NCBI GenBank assembly: GCA_002421665.1
Contig: DISH01000001.1
Span: forward strand, 5,410 to 69,409
Reading direction: 5' to 3'
Source of the DNA: Candidatus Omnitrophica bacterium UBA6215
GTDB lineage: Bacteria; Omnitrophota; Gorgyraeia; Pluralincolimonadales; Pluralincolimonadaceae
DNA: 64,000 bases
Shown: positions 1 through 8,032 of the stretch, one piece after another
Layout of the letters: each line of letters opens with the position of its first letter
Numbering within the stretch: position 1 is the first letter of the stretch
Notes under the pieces: model-generated
The model's input: only the letters and a program-made list of their open reading frames with translations
The model's database searches: none
What the model was told of the DNA's origin: nothing
Program-made: the position numbers and the translations under genes

Positions 1-145
1 CGACCCGAGCCAGTGGGGCGTCGCTGTGCTTGAGGCGCCAAAGTCCGCTTTTGCGGTCTCGTTCTCGTCAGTTATCATCGTTATAGCCGGCATTGTAATA
101 ATAGGTATTTTCTTTGCTTTTGCGGTGCGCCGTCCCAAATAGGAA

Positions 146-174
146 TTGAAAAAGCGGATATATATTGATAAAAT
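146..174 (+). promoter_or_regulatory. Putative sigma70-type promoter (TTGAAA-17 nt-TAAAAT) upstream of the small zinc-ribbon ORF/thyX
   Basis: TTGAAA at 146-151, a 17-nt spacer, TAAAAT at 169-174. An SD GGAGGA at 184-189 precedes the ATG at 196. Confidence 0.35.
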
Positions 175-195
175 CATCACACCGGAGGACAGCAA

Positions 196-363
196 ATGAA
201 ATGTGATACATGCGGACGCGAGGTCCCGGAGGTCAAGAGGGTGGTAGTAGCGCCCGGCTATGACAGGACCCTGGCAAAGGCCATATATAACTGCCCGGAA
301 TGCTACGAGAAGAAAGAGAAGTCCAAGAAATACGTCTCGCCGGAAACCGCAGAGAAAAAATAA
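196..363 (+). CDS. Small zinc-ribbon protein (55 aa), FmdB-like, with two CxxC pairs and a Lys-rich tail. It is not in the ORF track because it is under 60 aa.
   Basis: ATG at 196 with a strong SD (GGAGGA) 6 nt upstream, and TAA at 361-363. The translation is MKCDTCGREVPEVKRVVVAPGYDRTLAKAIYNCPECYEKKEKSKKYVSPETAEKK, with CxxC...CxxC. Confidence 0.45.
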   Translation: MKCDTCGREVPEVKRVVVAPGYDRTLAKAIYNCPECYEKKEKSKKYVSPETAEKK

Positions 364-367
364 TATA

Positions 368-988
368 ATGCCGGAAACCAACATAAAAGTCCTCGATAAC
401 GGCTATGTGGATATTGTCGATTCGATGGGCGGAGACAAGGCCGTAATTGAAGGTGCCAGGCGCTGCTATATGAGCGAACCGCAGGGCGCCGATGCCGACG
501 CCAAGCTGATCCGTCATCTTATCAAGAAAGACCACGGGACGCCTTTTGAGCACGCTTATTTCAGGTTCGATGTCAAATGCCCCATCTTTGTCGCGCGCCA
601 ATGGATAAGACATCGTATCGGTACTTATAACGAAATGTCTTTACGCTATTGCCTGGCGAAAAGGGATTTTTACACCCCCGCAAGCCTGGAAGGGGAAGCC
701 CTTGAGAAATACCGGAGGTCAGTTAACGGCGCTTTTGACACTTACGAATCCATGGTCTCTTCCGGGATCAAACGCGAACAGGCCCGCGGCGTCCTGCCGC
801 TGTCTATATATACCCTGTTCTATTGGACGGTTAATGCCCGTTCCCTGATGAACTTCCTCAAGCTCAGGCTGGATAAAGGGGCACAACCTGAGATAAGGGA
901 GTACGCAAAAGCCCTTCTCCTTATATTTAAGGAGAGTATGCCAGTTACGGCTAAGGCCTTCGAAGAAAAGATAATGCCAAAAGATTAG
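368..988 (+). CDS. thyX: Flavin-dependent thymidylate synthase ThyX
   Basis: Carries the ThyX RHR...S signature (ARQWIRHRIGTYNEMSLRY). The track ORF begins at 260, but that 5' extension overlaps the zinc-ribbon ORF in another frame, so an ATG at 368 (MPETNIKVLDNGYVDIV) is the likely start. Confidence 0.85.
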   Translation: MPETNIKVLDNGYVDIVDSMGGDKAVIEGARRCYMSEPQGADADAKLIRHLIKKDHGTPFEHAYFRFDVKCPIFVARQWIRHRIGTYNEMSLRYCLAKRDFYTPASLEGEALEKYRRSVNGAFDTYESMVSSGIKREQARGVLPLSIYTLFYWTVNARSLMNFLKLRLDKGAQPEIREYAKALLLIFKESMPVTAKAFEEKIMPKD

Positions 989-990
989 TC

Positions 991-1617
991 ATGGAGAGTA
1001 ACGGGGATCTCGGGGAACTCCTGCAGGGCTGCATAAGGAAAGACAAACGTTCATGGGATGTCTTCGTAGAAAGGTATTCCAAACTGGTATATTGGGCCAT
1101 ACGCGACCGTCTTAAGCGTTGCGGATATGATTTCAGCGAAGAAGACATAAATGACATCCATCAGGATGTCTTTGTCGCTTTATGGGAAGGTGAAAAACTT
1201 AGGCAGCTTAGGGACCCGGAAAGAGCCGCCGGCTGGATCTCTATGGTTGCGGGGAACGCGGCAATAGATCATTTTAGGGCAGCCAAAAGGACCGCGCCGC
1301 CCGGCTCCGTTTCGATACACAACGAGATATTTAATGACGGCGAAGGCGGATCGGGTACCCTTGAGGACATTTTACCCGGCGGGGCAGAAAGTCCGTACAG
1401 ACAGGCGCAGCTTAATGAGGTGCGCGCTTTCTTGGATGCGGCGATAGAGTCTTTAAGGCCAAGGGATAAGATGGTGGTAAAGCTTAATCTTCTCCATGGG
1501 ATGAAGCATATCGAGATCGCGGAAGCAGTTAAGATGCCGGTGAATACGGTCTCTACCACTATAGCCCGGGCAAAGAAATATTTGAAAGAAAAACTGGAGA
1601 AAGAGCGTCCTTTATAG
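991..1617 (+). CDS. RNA polymerase sigma-70 factor, ECF subfamily
   Basis: Sigma region 2 (HQDVFVALW) and a region 4 helix-turn-helix (MKHIEIAEAVKMPVNTVSTTIARAKKYL). It starts 3 nt after the thyX stop. Confidence 0.85.
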   Translation: MESNGDLGELLQGCIRKDKRSWDVFVERYSKLVYWAIRDRLKRCGYDFSEEDINDIHQDVFVALWEGEKLRQLRDPERAAGWISMVAGNAAIDHFRAAKRTAPPGSVSIHNEIFNDGEGGSGTLEDILPGGAESPYRQAQLNEVRAFLDAAIESLRPRDKMVVKLNLLHGMKHIEIAEAVKMPVNTVSTTIARAKKYLKEKLEKERPL

Positions 1618-1618
1618 T

Positions 1619-2098
1619 ATGGAAAAAGCTGCCGTAGGCTTACATGGGGTAAAGACGGGGTGTCCCGATGAAGGGACCCTGGCTGCCTATCTGGGCGGTT
1701 CTATGACCGAATGGGAAAGGCAGCGCCTGGAAGAGCATGCTTGCTCATGCCCGCATTGCCTGGAGAACATAAGGATCTCAAAAGCCGGGGAGGATCTTTT
1801 TAACGGAGATATTTTGACGCAGACAGACGAACGCATAAGGGATAAAGCGAAAGGTTTGGCCAAGATGGATATCAGGAAGAAGCGTTTTCAGGGATATATA
1901 TGGCTTACGGCGACCGTAATAGCGTTTATTTTGTCATTTACCGTACCTAAGTATTTTGCGCAATTCCTGGCGGCCTCCCTGATACTCGGTTTGAAATGGG
2001 TATCGGAAAGCGAGACAATGCGCACGCTCATAATCGCAATGGATACTAAGCACCGCCATGAGAGGCAGGGGGAAACGACAGCAAGATGGAGACGATAA
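1619..2098 (+). CDS. Membrane anti-sigma factor, zinc-binding (ZAS-type HxxxCxxC)
   Basis: Begins immediately after the ECF sigma gene. Has an EEHACSCPHC motif plus a single TM segment (WLTATVIAFILSFTV). Confidence 0.6.
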   Translation: MEKAAVGLHGVKTGCPDEGTLAAYLGGSMTEWERQRLEEHACSCPHCLENIRISKAGEDLFNGDILTQTDERIRDKAKGLAKMDIRKKRFQGYIWLTATVIAFILSFTVPKYFAQFLAASLILGLKWVSESETMRTLIIAMDTKHRHERQGETTARWRR

Positions 2099-2107
2099 CC
2101 AGGTCAA

Positions 2108-3328
2108 ATGAACGGTAACGGCAGAAAAGCCGCTATAAATCTTATAGTGCTTTTCGGGTTGGTCAGCCTCTTTGGCGATATAGTATACGAGGGCGCGCGC
2201 AGCGTCAACGGACCGTACCTGAAGACGCTTGGAGTGAATGCTGCTGTGGTAGGGTTCATAGCCGGCCTGGGTGAATTTGTGGGATATGCTGTACGTCTTG
2301 TCTCGGGGTATTTTGCGGACAGGACAAGGGCGTATTGGCTTTTCACGTTCATAGGGTACGGTATGCTTGCGAGCGTTCCCCTGCTTTCATTGACGGGAGC
2401 CTGGCAGGTAGCGGCGCTTTTTATAGTAATGGAAAGGCTCGGCAAGGCGTTGAGGGCCCCGGCCAGGGATACGATAGTCTCGCAGGCATCGAAGCAGGTA
2501 GGGACGGGTTTCGGTTTTGCTTTGTCCGAGGTGATGGACCAGATAGGGGCGCTTGCAGGACCTTTGTTGCTGATGGGTCTTTTTATGCTGGCGGGAAGTT
2601 CCGGGAACGAGATAGCCAAATACCAGAAGGGTTACAGCCTTTTCTGGGTGCCTTTTGTTCTCGTCATGGTTTGTATAACCATAGCTTTCATACGGGTTCC
2701 CAACCCGGAGAATCTCGAGACATCAGCCGGGAAGACGCAGGAAAGCGACAAGCTTTCGAAGATATTCTGGATATACACTATTTTTACCTTTGTTACAACG
2801 ATGGGTTTCGTGAATTTTGCACTTATAGGTTATCATTTTAAGGCGAAGAACATTTTGACCGATGCCCAGATACCTTTGTTCTATGCCATAGCGATGGCCG
2901 TGGACGGTGTTGCCGCGTGGTTTATAGGCCTGTATTATGACCGGCTTAAGAACAGGAGTAATAACGAAAGGGCCGGGCTCAGCACCCTGCTCATAATACC
3001 GTTGTTATCCATATTTATCCCTTTTTTCGCTTTTTCCGTCAATTTCACGCTTGCGCTTATAAGTGCGGTTATATGGGGAATAGTCATGGGTATACATGAG
3101 ACTATAATGAAATCCGCTATTGCCGACCTGACCCCCATGAAGAAGAGGGGAACCGGTTACGGAATATTTAATACGGCTTACGGCCTCGCGATGTTTGCAG
3201 GCAGTGCGTTAATGGGAGTTCTTTATGATCATTCAATAGCGGCCCTGGTAGTTATCGCGGTAGTCCTGCAGATAGCTGCGCTGCCCCTTTTCTTTTTGGT
3301 AAAAAAGGAAGTTTTTGTGGTAACATAG
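2108..3328 (+). CDS. MFS transporter
   Basis: 406 aa with about 12 TM segments and typical MFS loop motifs (GYFADRTRAYW). Confidence 0.75.
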   Translation: MNGNGRKAAINLIVLFGLVSLFGDIVYEGARSVNGPYLKTLGVNAAVVGFIAGLGEFVGYAVRLVSGYFADRTRAYWLFTFIGYGMLASVPLLSLTGAWQVAALFIVMERLGKALRAPARDTIVSQASKQVGTGFGFALSEVMDQIGALAGPLLLMGLFMLAGSSGNEIAKYQKGYSLFWVPFVLVMVCITIAFIRVPNPENLETSAGKTQESDKLSKIFWIYTIFTFVTTMGFVNFALIGYHFKAKNILTDAQIPLFYAIAMAVDGVAAWFIGLYYDRLKNRSNNERAGLSTLLIIPLLSIFIPFFAFSVNFTLALISAVIWGIVMGIHETIMKSAIADLTPMKKRGTGYGIFNTAYGLAMFAGSALMGVLYDHSIAALVVIAVVLQIAALPLFFLVKKEVFVVT

Positions 3329-3337
3329 TAGGAGAAT

Positions 3338-5332
3338 ATGGAAACCGAAAAAAGCAGCATCGGAAAGAGATTAAAGAATATATTTATCGGCGGCGCGCAT
3401 GACCCGCACGACAAGAAACTTTTCCACAAGATATCCCTTATAGCGTTTTTCGCCTGGGTAGGTATCGGCGCCGACGGCTTGTCTTCTTCGTGCTATGGCC
3501 CCCAGGAAGCTTTTGTCGCGCTGCAGGGCCATATGTATCTGGGGATCTTTGTCGCGCTGGCATCTGCCGTAACGATCTTCGTCATAAGCTCCAGTTATTC
3601 CCAGCTGATCGAAGTTTTTCCTTCGGGCGGCGGCGGCTATCTGGTAGCCAGCAAACTCCTGTCGCCGACAGCGGGTATGGTCTCCGGAAGCGCTTTGCTT
3701 ATAGACTACATATTGACCATTACCGTGTCGGTTGCGAGCGGTGCCGATGCGGTATTCAGCTTCCTGCCGGCAGAATGGCTTCCTTATAAGCTTTATTTTG
3801 CCTCAATTGTGGTAGTCCTGCTCATTTTGCTGAATTTAAGAGGGGTGAAGGAATCGGTCATGGTCCTTATGCCGATATTCCTGACCTTTGTCGTGACACA
3901 TGTGGTGGTAATATTATACGCCATAGTTACCCACCTGATGAATTTTCCTGAAGTAGTGTCGGCGACAAAGGCCGATCTGTATACCACTTCCGCTTCGTTA
4001 GGGACCATGGGTATGATAATAATGGTCTTGCGTGCCTACAGTATGGGTGCCGGTACGTATACCGGCATTGAGGCCGTGAGTAATTCTCTGCCTATGTTAA
4101 GGGAGCCGAGGGTGCAGACGGCCAAACGGACCATGAGCTACATGGCTATTTCGCTCGCCGTTACGGTTGTAGGCTTGATGCTGGCGTATGTCCTTTTCAG
4201 GGTCCAATTCCAGGAAGGCAAGACATTGAACGCGATGTTGCTCGAGCGCGTTATCGAACCCTGGGGTAAAGGCTGGGGATATCCTTTCCTTCTTATAACG
4301 CTTGTCTCTGAAGCAGTGCTGTTGTTTGTCGCGGCACAGACCGGTTTTGTAGGCGGGCCCAGAATACTTGCCAATATGGCCCTTGACCGGTGGGTCCCGA
4401 GCAGGTTTGCTGCCCTTAGCGACCGTTTTGTGACCCAGAACGGCGTGTTGATAATGGGTATAGCAGCCCTCATAATGATGCTTGCCACGCGCGGTTCGGT
4501 AGCGCTGTTGGTGGTCCTTTATAGTATAAACGTGTTCATAACCTTTCTGTTGTCGCAGTTGGGCATGGTGCGTTATTGGTGGAAGAATCGAATGAGGCTG
4601 GACCACTGGCGCAGGAAGATGGCAGTCAACAGCGTAGGCCTTGTGTTGACTGCTTTTATACTTGTTTCGGTGACGGTAATAAAGTTCAACGAGGGAGGAT
4701 GGGTCACGCTTTTTGTTACGGGTACGTTGGTACTGATCGTACTTGGCATAAAGCGCCATTATGAACATACCGCCAAACTTCTTAAGAGGCTAGATAACCT
4801 CGTCATGGCGGCAGGGTATTCCAGTTCGGAGAATATCCCGGGTATAACCAAGAAGGAAAAAGGGGAATTCGACCCTGAAGCCAAGACCGCAGTGCTCCTG
4901 GTGAACGGTTTTAACGGAATGGGGTTGCATACCCTTTTCAATATCTTCAGGCTCTTCGGGGATTCATTCAAGAATTTCGTTTTTGTCCAGATAGGCGTAA
5001 TAGACGCCGGTAATTTTAAAGGGGCCGAGGAACTCGAAAAGCTGGAAGCACACGCCAAGAGCGAGATAGACAGGTATGTGGATTTTGTAGATAAACACGG
5101 TTATCACGCCGAAGGGATGTTCAATATAGGGACAGATGTCATCGACGAAGCTTCTACACTTGCTCCCCAGATCGCTGAGAAGTATCCACAAGCCGTATTC
5201 TTCGGCGGCCAGATAGTTTTCCCCAGAGAGACCTTCCTTACAAGGCTGCTTCATAACTATACGGTATTCTCTATGCAGAGGAAATTCTACCACGAGGGGA
5301 TCCCGCTGGTCATACTTCCTATAAGGGTATAG
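3338..5332 (+). CDS. APC-superfamily transporter with a C-terminal cytoplasmic domain, KimA-like (putative K+ uptake)
   Basis: 664 aa. The N-terminus (GKRLKNIFIGG...ADGLSSSCYGPQE) resembles the KimA/YdaO family (IKRFLIGKPL...SDALSSVAYGTEQ). It has 12 TM segments and a roughly 200-aa soluble tail. Confidence 0.55.
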   Translation: METEKSSIGKRLKNIFIGGAHDPHDKKLFHKISLIAFFAWVGIGADGLSSSCYGPQEAFVALQGHMYLGIFVALASAVTIFVISSSYSQLIEVFPSGGGGYLVASKLLSPTAGMVSGSALLIDYILTITVSVASGADAVFSFLPAEWLPYKLYFASIVVVLLILLNLRGVKESVMVLMPIFLTFVVTHVVVILYAIVTHLMNFPEVVSATKADLYTTSASLGTMGMIIMVLRAYSMGAGTYTGIEAVSNSLPMLREPRVQTAKRTMSYMAISLAVTVVGLMLAYVLFRVQFQEGKTLNAMLLERVIEPWGKGWGYPFLLITLVSEAVLLFVAAQTGFVGGPRILANMALDRWVPSRFAALSDRFVTQNGVLIMGIAALIMMLATRGSVALLVVLYSINVFITFLLSQLGMVRYWWKNRMRLDHWRRKMAVNSVGLVLTAFILVSVTVIKFNEGGWVTLFVTGTLVLIVLGIKRHYEHTAKLLKRLDNLVMAAGYSSSENIPGITKKEKGEFDPEAKTAVLLVNGFNGMGLHTLFNIFRLFGDSFKNFVFVQIGVIDAGNFKGAEELEKLEAHAKSEIDRYVDFVDKHGYHAEGMFNIGTDVIDEASTLAPQIAEKYPQAVFFGGQIVFPRETFLTRLLHNYTVFSMQRKFYHEGIPLVILPIRV

Positions 5333-5355
5333 TCCTGCGAAAAAGGAGGTATCAG

Positions 5356-6024
5356 ATGCGAAAAAAGAAGTGGATGCTGTTCCTGGCCGCGGTTGTTTTT
5401 TTGTCTATCGAGAATTCTTTGTTTGCGGTAAGCGATTCAAACGACCTTATTCAAGCCGTTAAGGGAAATGATATGGTTAAATGTGAAAAATTGATAAGGT
5501 CAAGGGTTAATTTGAATACCAAAGACGCCGAAGGCAGGACACCATTGATGATTGCTTCAATGGCAGGGAATGCGGAACTGGTCAAGCTGCTTGTTTCTAA
5601 GGGAGCGCTGACGCGGGGGACCGATAACAAGGGCCAGACTGCTTTGATGATAGCGGTAGATAATAACAGGACGGAAGTGGTAAAGGAGCTTATTAAGGGC
5701 AAATCCGATGTAAACGAAAAGGGAAAGTACGGATGGACCCCGCTGACCCTCGCAGCATTTAATGGGAATACAGAGATTGGGGGATTGTTGATCGCAGCCG
5801 GCGCACGTATTAACGATGCAGGGCCAAGCGGGAAAACCCCTTTAATACTTGCCATACTTACAGATAAGAGGGATTTTGTGAGGCTGCTTGTTTCAAAGGG
5901 CGTGGATGTAAATAAGAAATATTGCAGCGGGTGTGTCGGTGTTTATAGATCGCCCTTGAAAGAGGCCGAAACCCAGGGCAGGACGGAAATTATTGCTATT
6001 CTGAGGCAAGCCGGAGCAAAATAG
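5356..6024 (+). CDS. Secreted ankyrin-repeat protein
   Basis: Signal peptide MRKKKWMLFLAAVVFLSIENSLFA, followed by about 5 ankyrin repeats (TPLMIASMAGNAELVKLLVSKGA...). Confidence 0.8.
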   Translation: MRKKKWMLFLAAVVFLSIENSLFAVSDSNDLIQAVKGNDMVKCEKLIRSRVNLNTKDAEGRTPLMIASMAGNAELVKLLVSKGALTRGTDNKGQTALMIAVDNNRTEVVKELIKGKSDVNEKGKYGWTPLTLAAFNGNTEIGGLLIAAGARINDAGPSGKTPLILAILTDKRDFVRLLVSKGVDVNKKYCSGCVGVYRSPLKEAETQGRTEIIAILRQAGAK

Positions 6025-6052
6025 TCCCGCAAGAACATTAAACAATAAATTA

Positions 6053-6139
6053 TGGTGCCGAGGGAGGGAATCGAACCCTCACATCCTTACGGACATCAGT
6101 TTTTGAGACTGACGCGTATGCCAGTTCCGCCACCTCGGC
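6053..6139 (-). tRNA. tRNA-Leu(CAA), type II with a long variable arm
   Basis: Reverse complement reads GCCGAGGTGGCGGAACTGGCA...TCAGT-CTCAAAA-ACTGA...GGTTCGATTCCCTC CCTCGGCACCA. The anticodon is CAA, the variable arm is long, and the 3' CCA is encoded. Confidence 0.85.
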
Positions 6140-6149
6140 AAAGATAGCA

Positions 6150-6178
6150 GGGGACGTGTCCCAAAGTGACACGTCCCC
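6150..6178. terminator. Perfect 11-bp GC-rich inverted repeat (GGGGACGTGTC-ccaaagt-GACACGTCCCC). Probable intrinsic terminator after the stomatin gene (- strand), and possibly bidirectional.
   Basis: Hairpin at 6150-6160/6168-6178 with a 7-nt loop. It sits 9 nt downstream of the stomatin stop (6187) and 11 nt upstream of tRNA-Leu. On the - strand it is followed by UGCUAUCUUU, and on the + strand by AUUAUAUUUU. Confidence 0.45.
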
Positions 6179-6186
6179 ATTATATT

Positions 6187-7044
6187 TTACTTCATTGCCT
6201 CCCTGGTGTTCTTCACGAACGGTTCAAGGAGGTTGATAAATTCCATCGGGAATATATATTTTGTCGACGGGCTCTGGCCCAGCGCTTTAAGCGTATCGAG
6301 GTACTGGAGCGAGAGCGTTTTGGAGTCGACATTCTTTGCGACCGAGAATATTTTATCCAGAGCCAGCGAAAAACCTTCAGCCCTTAATATAGCCGCCTGT
6401 TTATCGCCTTCGGCCTTAAGTATCTCTGATTGTTTCTGGCCTTCGGCAACCGTTATAGCCGCGGCTTTCGTTCCGTCTGCCTCTATGATGACGGCGCGGC
6501 GCGTCCTCTCGGCGGACATCTGCTTGATCATCGCGTCGGAGACATCCTTAGGCGGCATGATCTCGCGGATCTCTACCGTCGTTACCTTGACGCCCCAACG
6601 CTCAGTGACCTCATCGAGCTTCTGGCGCAGGACCTGGTTTATCTGTTCGCGTTTTGACAAGACCTCATCGAGGCCGAGGTCGCCGACAACGGCCCTCAAC
6701 GTAGTCGTCGCGATGCCCTGCGACGCAGCTGCAAAGTTGCCTACTTGTATTACGCTGCGGTCTGGATCGATGACCTTCCAGTAAATAAGGAAATCTATAG
6801 AGATCGGAGCGTTATCCTTTGTGATGCATGTCTGCTGCGGTATTTCGAGGAAGAGCTCGCGCAAGTCCACCGATATGGACGAATCCACTATCGGGATGAG
6901 GAAGACGATACCGGGCCCGCGCTGGCCTATCGATCGGCCGAACCTGAAGACGACAAGCCTCTTATATTCCCTTACTATCTTGACCGAGTTGGACAGGATA
7001 ATGACGCCGACTATAAGGATAAATAAGAATATCATCGTACCCAT
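6187..7044 (-). CDS. SPFH/band-7 (stomatin-like) membrane protein
   Basis: N-terminal TM segment plus SPFH-domain motifs (IVREYKRLVVFRFGR...LRAVVGDLGLDEVLSKREQIN). Confidence 0.85.
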   Translation of the reverse strand: MGTMIFLFILIVGVIILSNSVKIVREYKRLVVFRFGRSIGQRGPGIVFLIPIVDSSISVDLRELFLEIPQQTCITKDNAPISIDFLIYWKVIDPDRSVIQVGNFAAASQGIATTTLRAVVGDLGLDEVLSKREQINQVLRQKLDEVTERWGVKVTTVEIREIMPPKDVSDAMIKQMSAERTRRAVIIEADGTKAAAITVAEGQKQSEILKAEGDKQAAILRAEGFSLALDKIFSVAKNVDSKTLSLQYLDTLKALGQSPSTKYIFPMEFINLLEPFVKNTREAMK

Positions 7045-7047
7045 AGG

Positions 7048-7749
7048 TTACCTCGCTTTCTTTATTTTAACTACCAGACCATCCACCGAATCGACCTTTA
7101 CTTTCTCTCCCGCTTTTATAGTTCCGTCGAGGGACTCTGCGTACCATTCTTCGCCCTTTATGTGGACCACGCCTTTCGGGGCCAGGTCCGTCTTGGCTTC
7201 ACCTACCGCATCGGCAAGGCTTTCAATGCCCGAGGAAGCCCTGCGCTTTTGGGCTTTTATTATGAGCGGCAGAACGAATACCATCAGTCCGGTAGTGCTT
7301 ATTACGATCGCGGCTATAAGCGCTTTCGAGAGCCTGTTGAATTGCGGGTCTGCCTTGAACAATATGAGAGATCCTATGGTCAGGGCAAGTATGCCGCACA
7401 CGGTCAGGACGCCGTGCGTAGGTGTTTTTACATCCAGGACAAAGAACACGAAACTCAACAACATCAGTATAAGCCCGGTATAATTTACCGGCAATGAGTT
7501 CATACCCACAAAAGCGAGCACCAACCCTATGACGCCTATTATCCCGCCTATCGATATGCCCGGCGTGGCTATTTCAAATATTATGCCGTAGAATCCTATT
7601 ACAAGGAGCAAGTAAACTATGTTCGGGTCCTTGAGCCCGTCGAATAGACCCTGTATAGTGTTCCCGCTGCCCGTTGCCTGCGCGAAAAGCGGAGCAGAAG
7701 CCAAAAAAATGGACAAAAACAGCATGGTTGTGCCAAATATCCTTTTCAT
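7048..7749 (-). CDS. NfeD-family membrane protein (stomatin operon partner)
   Basis: Multi-TM N-terminus with a C-terminal OB-fold (KGVVHIKGEEWYAESLDGTIKAGEKVKV). Sits 3 nt upstream of the stomatin gene. Confidence 0.8.
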   Translation of the reverse strand: MKRIFGTTMLFLSIFLASAPLFAQATGSGNTIQGLFDGLKDPNIVYLLLVIGFYGIIFEIATPGISIGGIIGVIGLVLAFVGMNSLPVNYTGLILMLLSFVFFVLDVKTPTHGVLTVCGILALTIGSLILFKADPQFNRLSKALIAAIVISTTGLMVFVLPLIIKAQKRRASSGIESLADAVGEAKTDLAPKGVVHIKGEEWYAESLDGTIKAGEKVKVDSVDGLVVKIKKAR

Positions 7750-7819
7750 GGGAACCTCCGCGGTTAGGTTAGTAGGAATATACCATTAAGGTAGAGGATT
7801 GTCAATCGCAACCGGGAGG

Positions 7820-7848
7820 TTGACGCACGGGGAAATAAGTGGTAAAAT
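7820..7848 (+). promoter_or_regulatory. Putative promoter (TTGACG-17 nt-TAAAAT) for the tRNA-Ala/nfo/leuS transcription unit
   Basis: TTGACG at 7820-7825 and TAAAAT at 7843-7848. The roughly 80-nt leader contains a GC hairpin, GGGGCTGCCCCGCAGGGACGCCCC. Confidence 0.3.
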
Positions 7849-7933
7849 CCTAGTTCTGTTTAGCCAAATCAGATATGGTTACCAATAGCATGGGGCTGCC
7901 CCGCAGGGACGCCCCATTGAAACTGGATAACGT

Positions 7934-8009
7934 GGGGCTGTAGCTCACCTGGGAGAGCGCCTGCATGGCATGCAGGAGGTAAGGGGTTCGATCCCCCTCA
8001 GCTCCACCA
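7934..8009 (+). tRNA. tRNA-Ala(GGC)
   Basis: GGGGCTGTAGCTCA...CCTGC-ATGGCAT-GCAGG...GGTTCGATCCCC...CAGCTCCACCA. Carries the G3:U70 Ala identity pair and encoded CCA. Confidence 0.9.
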
Positions 8010-8032
8010 TTTTTTTCGGAGAACGGAGAAAC

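Noticed and set aside
260-367. Upstream extension of thyX to the ATG at 260
   Set aside because: The extension has a basic, low-complexity N-terminus (RRKRSPRNTSRRKPQRKNN) not expected in ThyX, it overlaps the well-supported zinc-ribbon ORF in another frame, and 368 gives a typical ThyX N-terminus.
2335-2841. 168-aa + strand ORF in an alternative frame inside the MFS transporter gene
   Set aside because: Arg/Gly-rich alternative-frame ORF with no motifs.
4097-4768. 223-aa - strand ORF inside the KimA-like transporter gene
   Set aside because: Antisense shadow ORF with a His/Arg/Gln-rich, biased composition.
6030-6190. Possible integrated element at tRNA-Leu (integrase or att repeats)
   Set aside because: No integrase, recombinase or duplicated tRNA 3'-end segment is visible nearby; the flanking genes are ordinary chromosomal genes.
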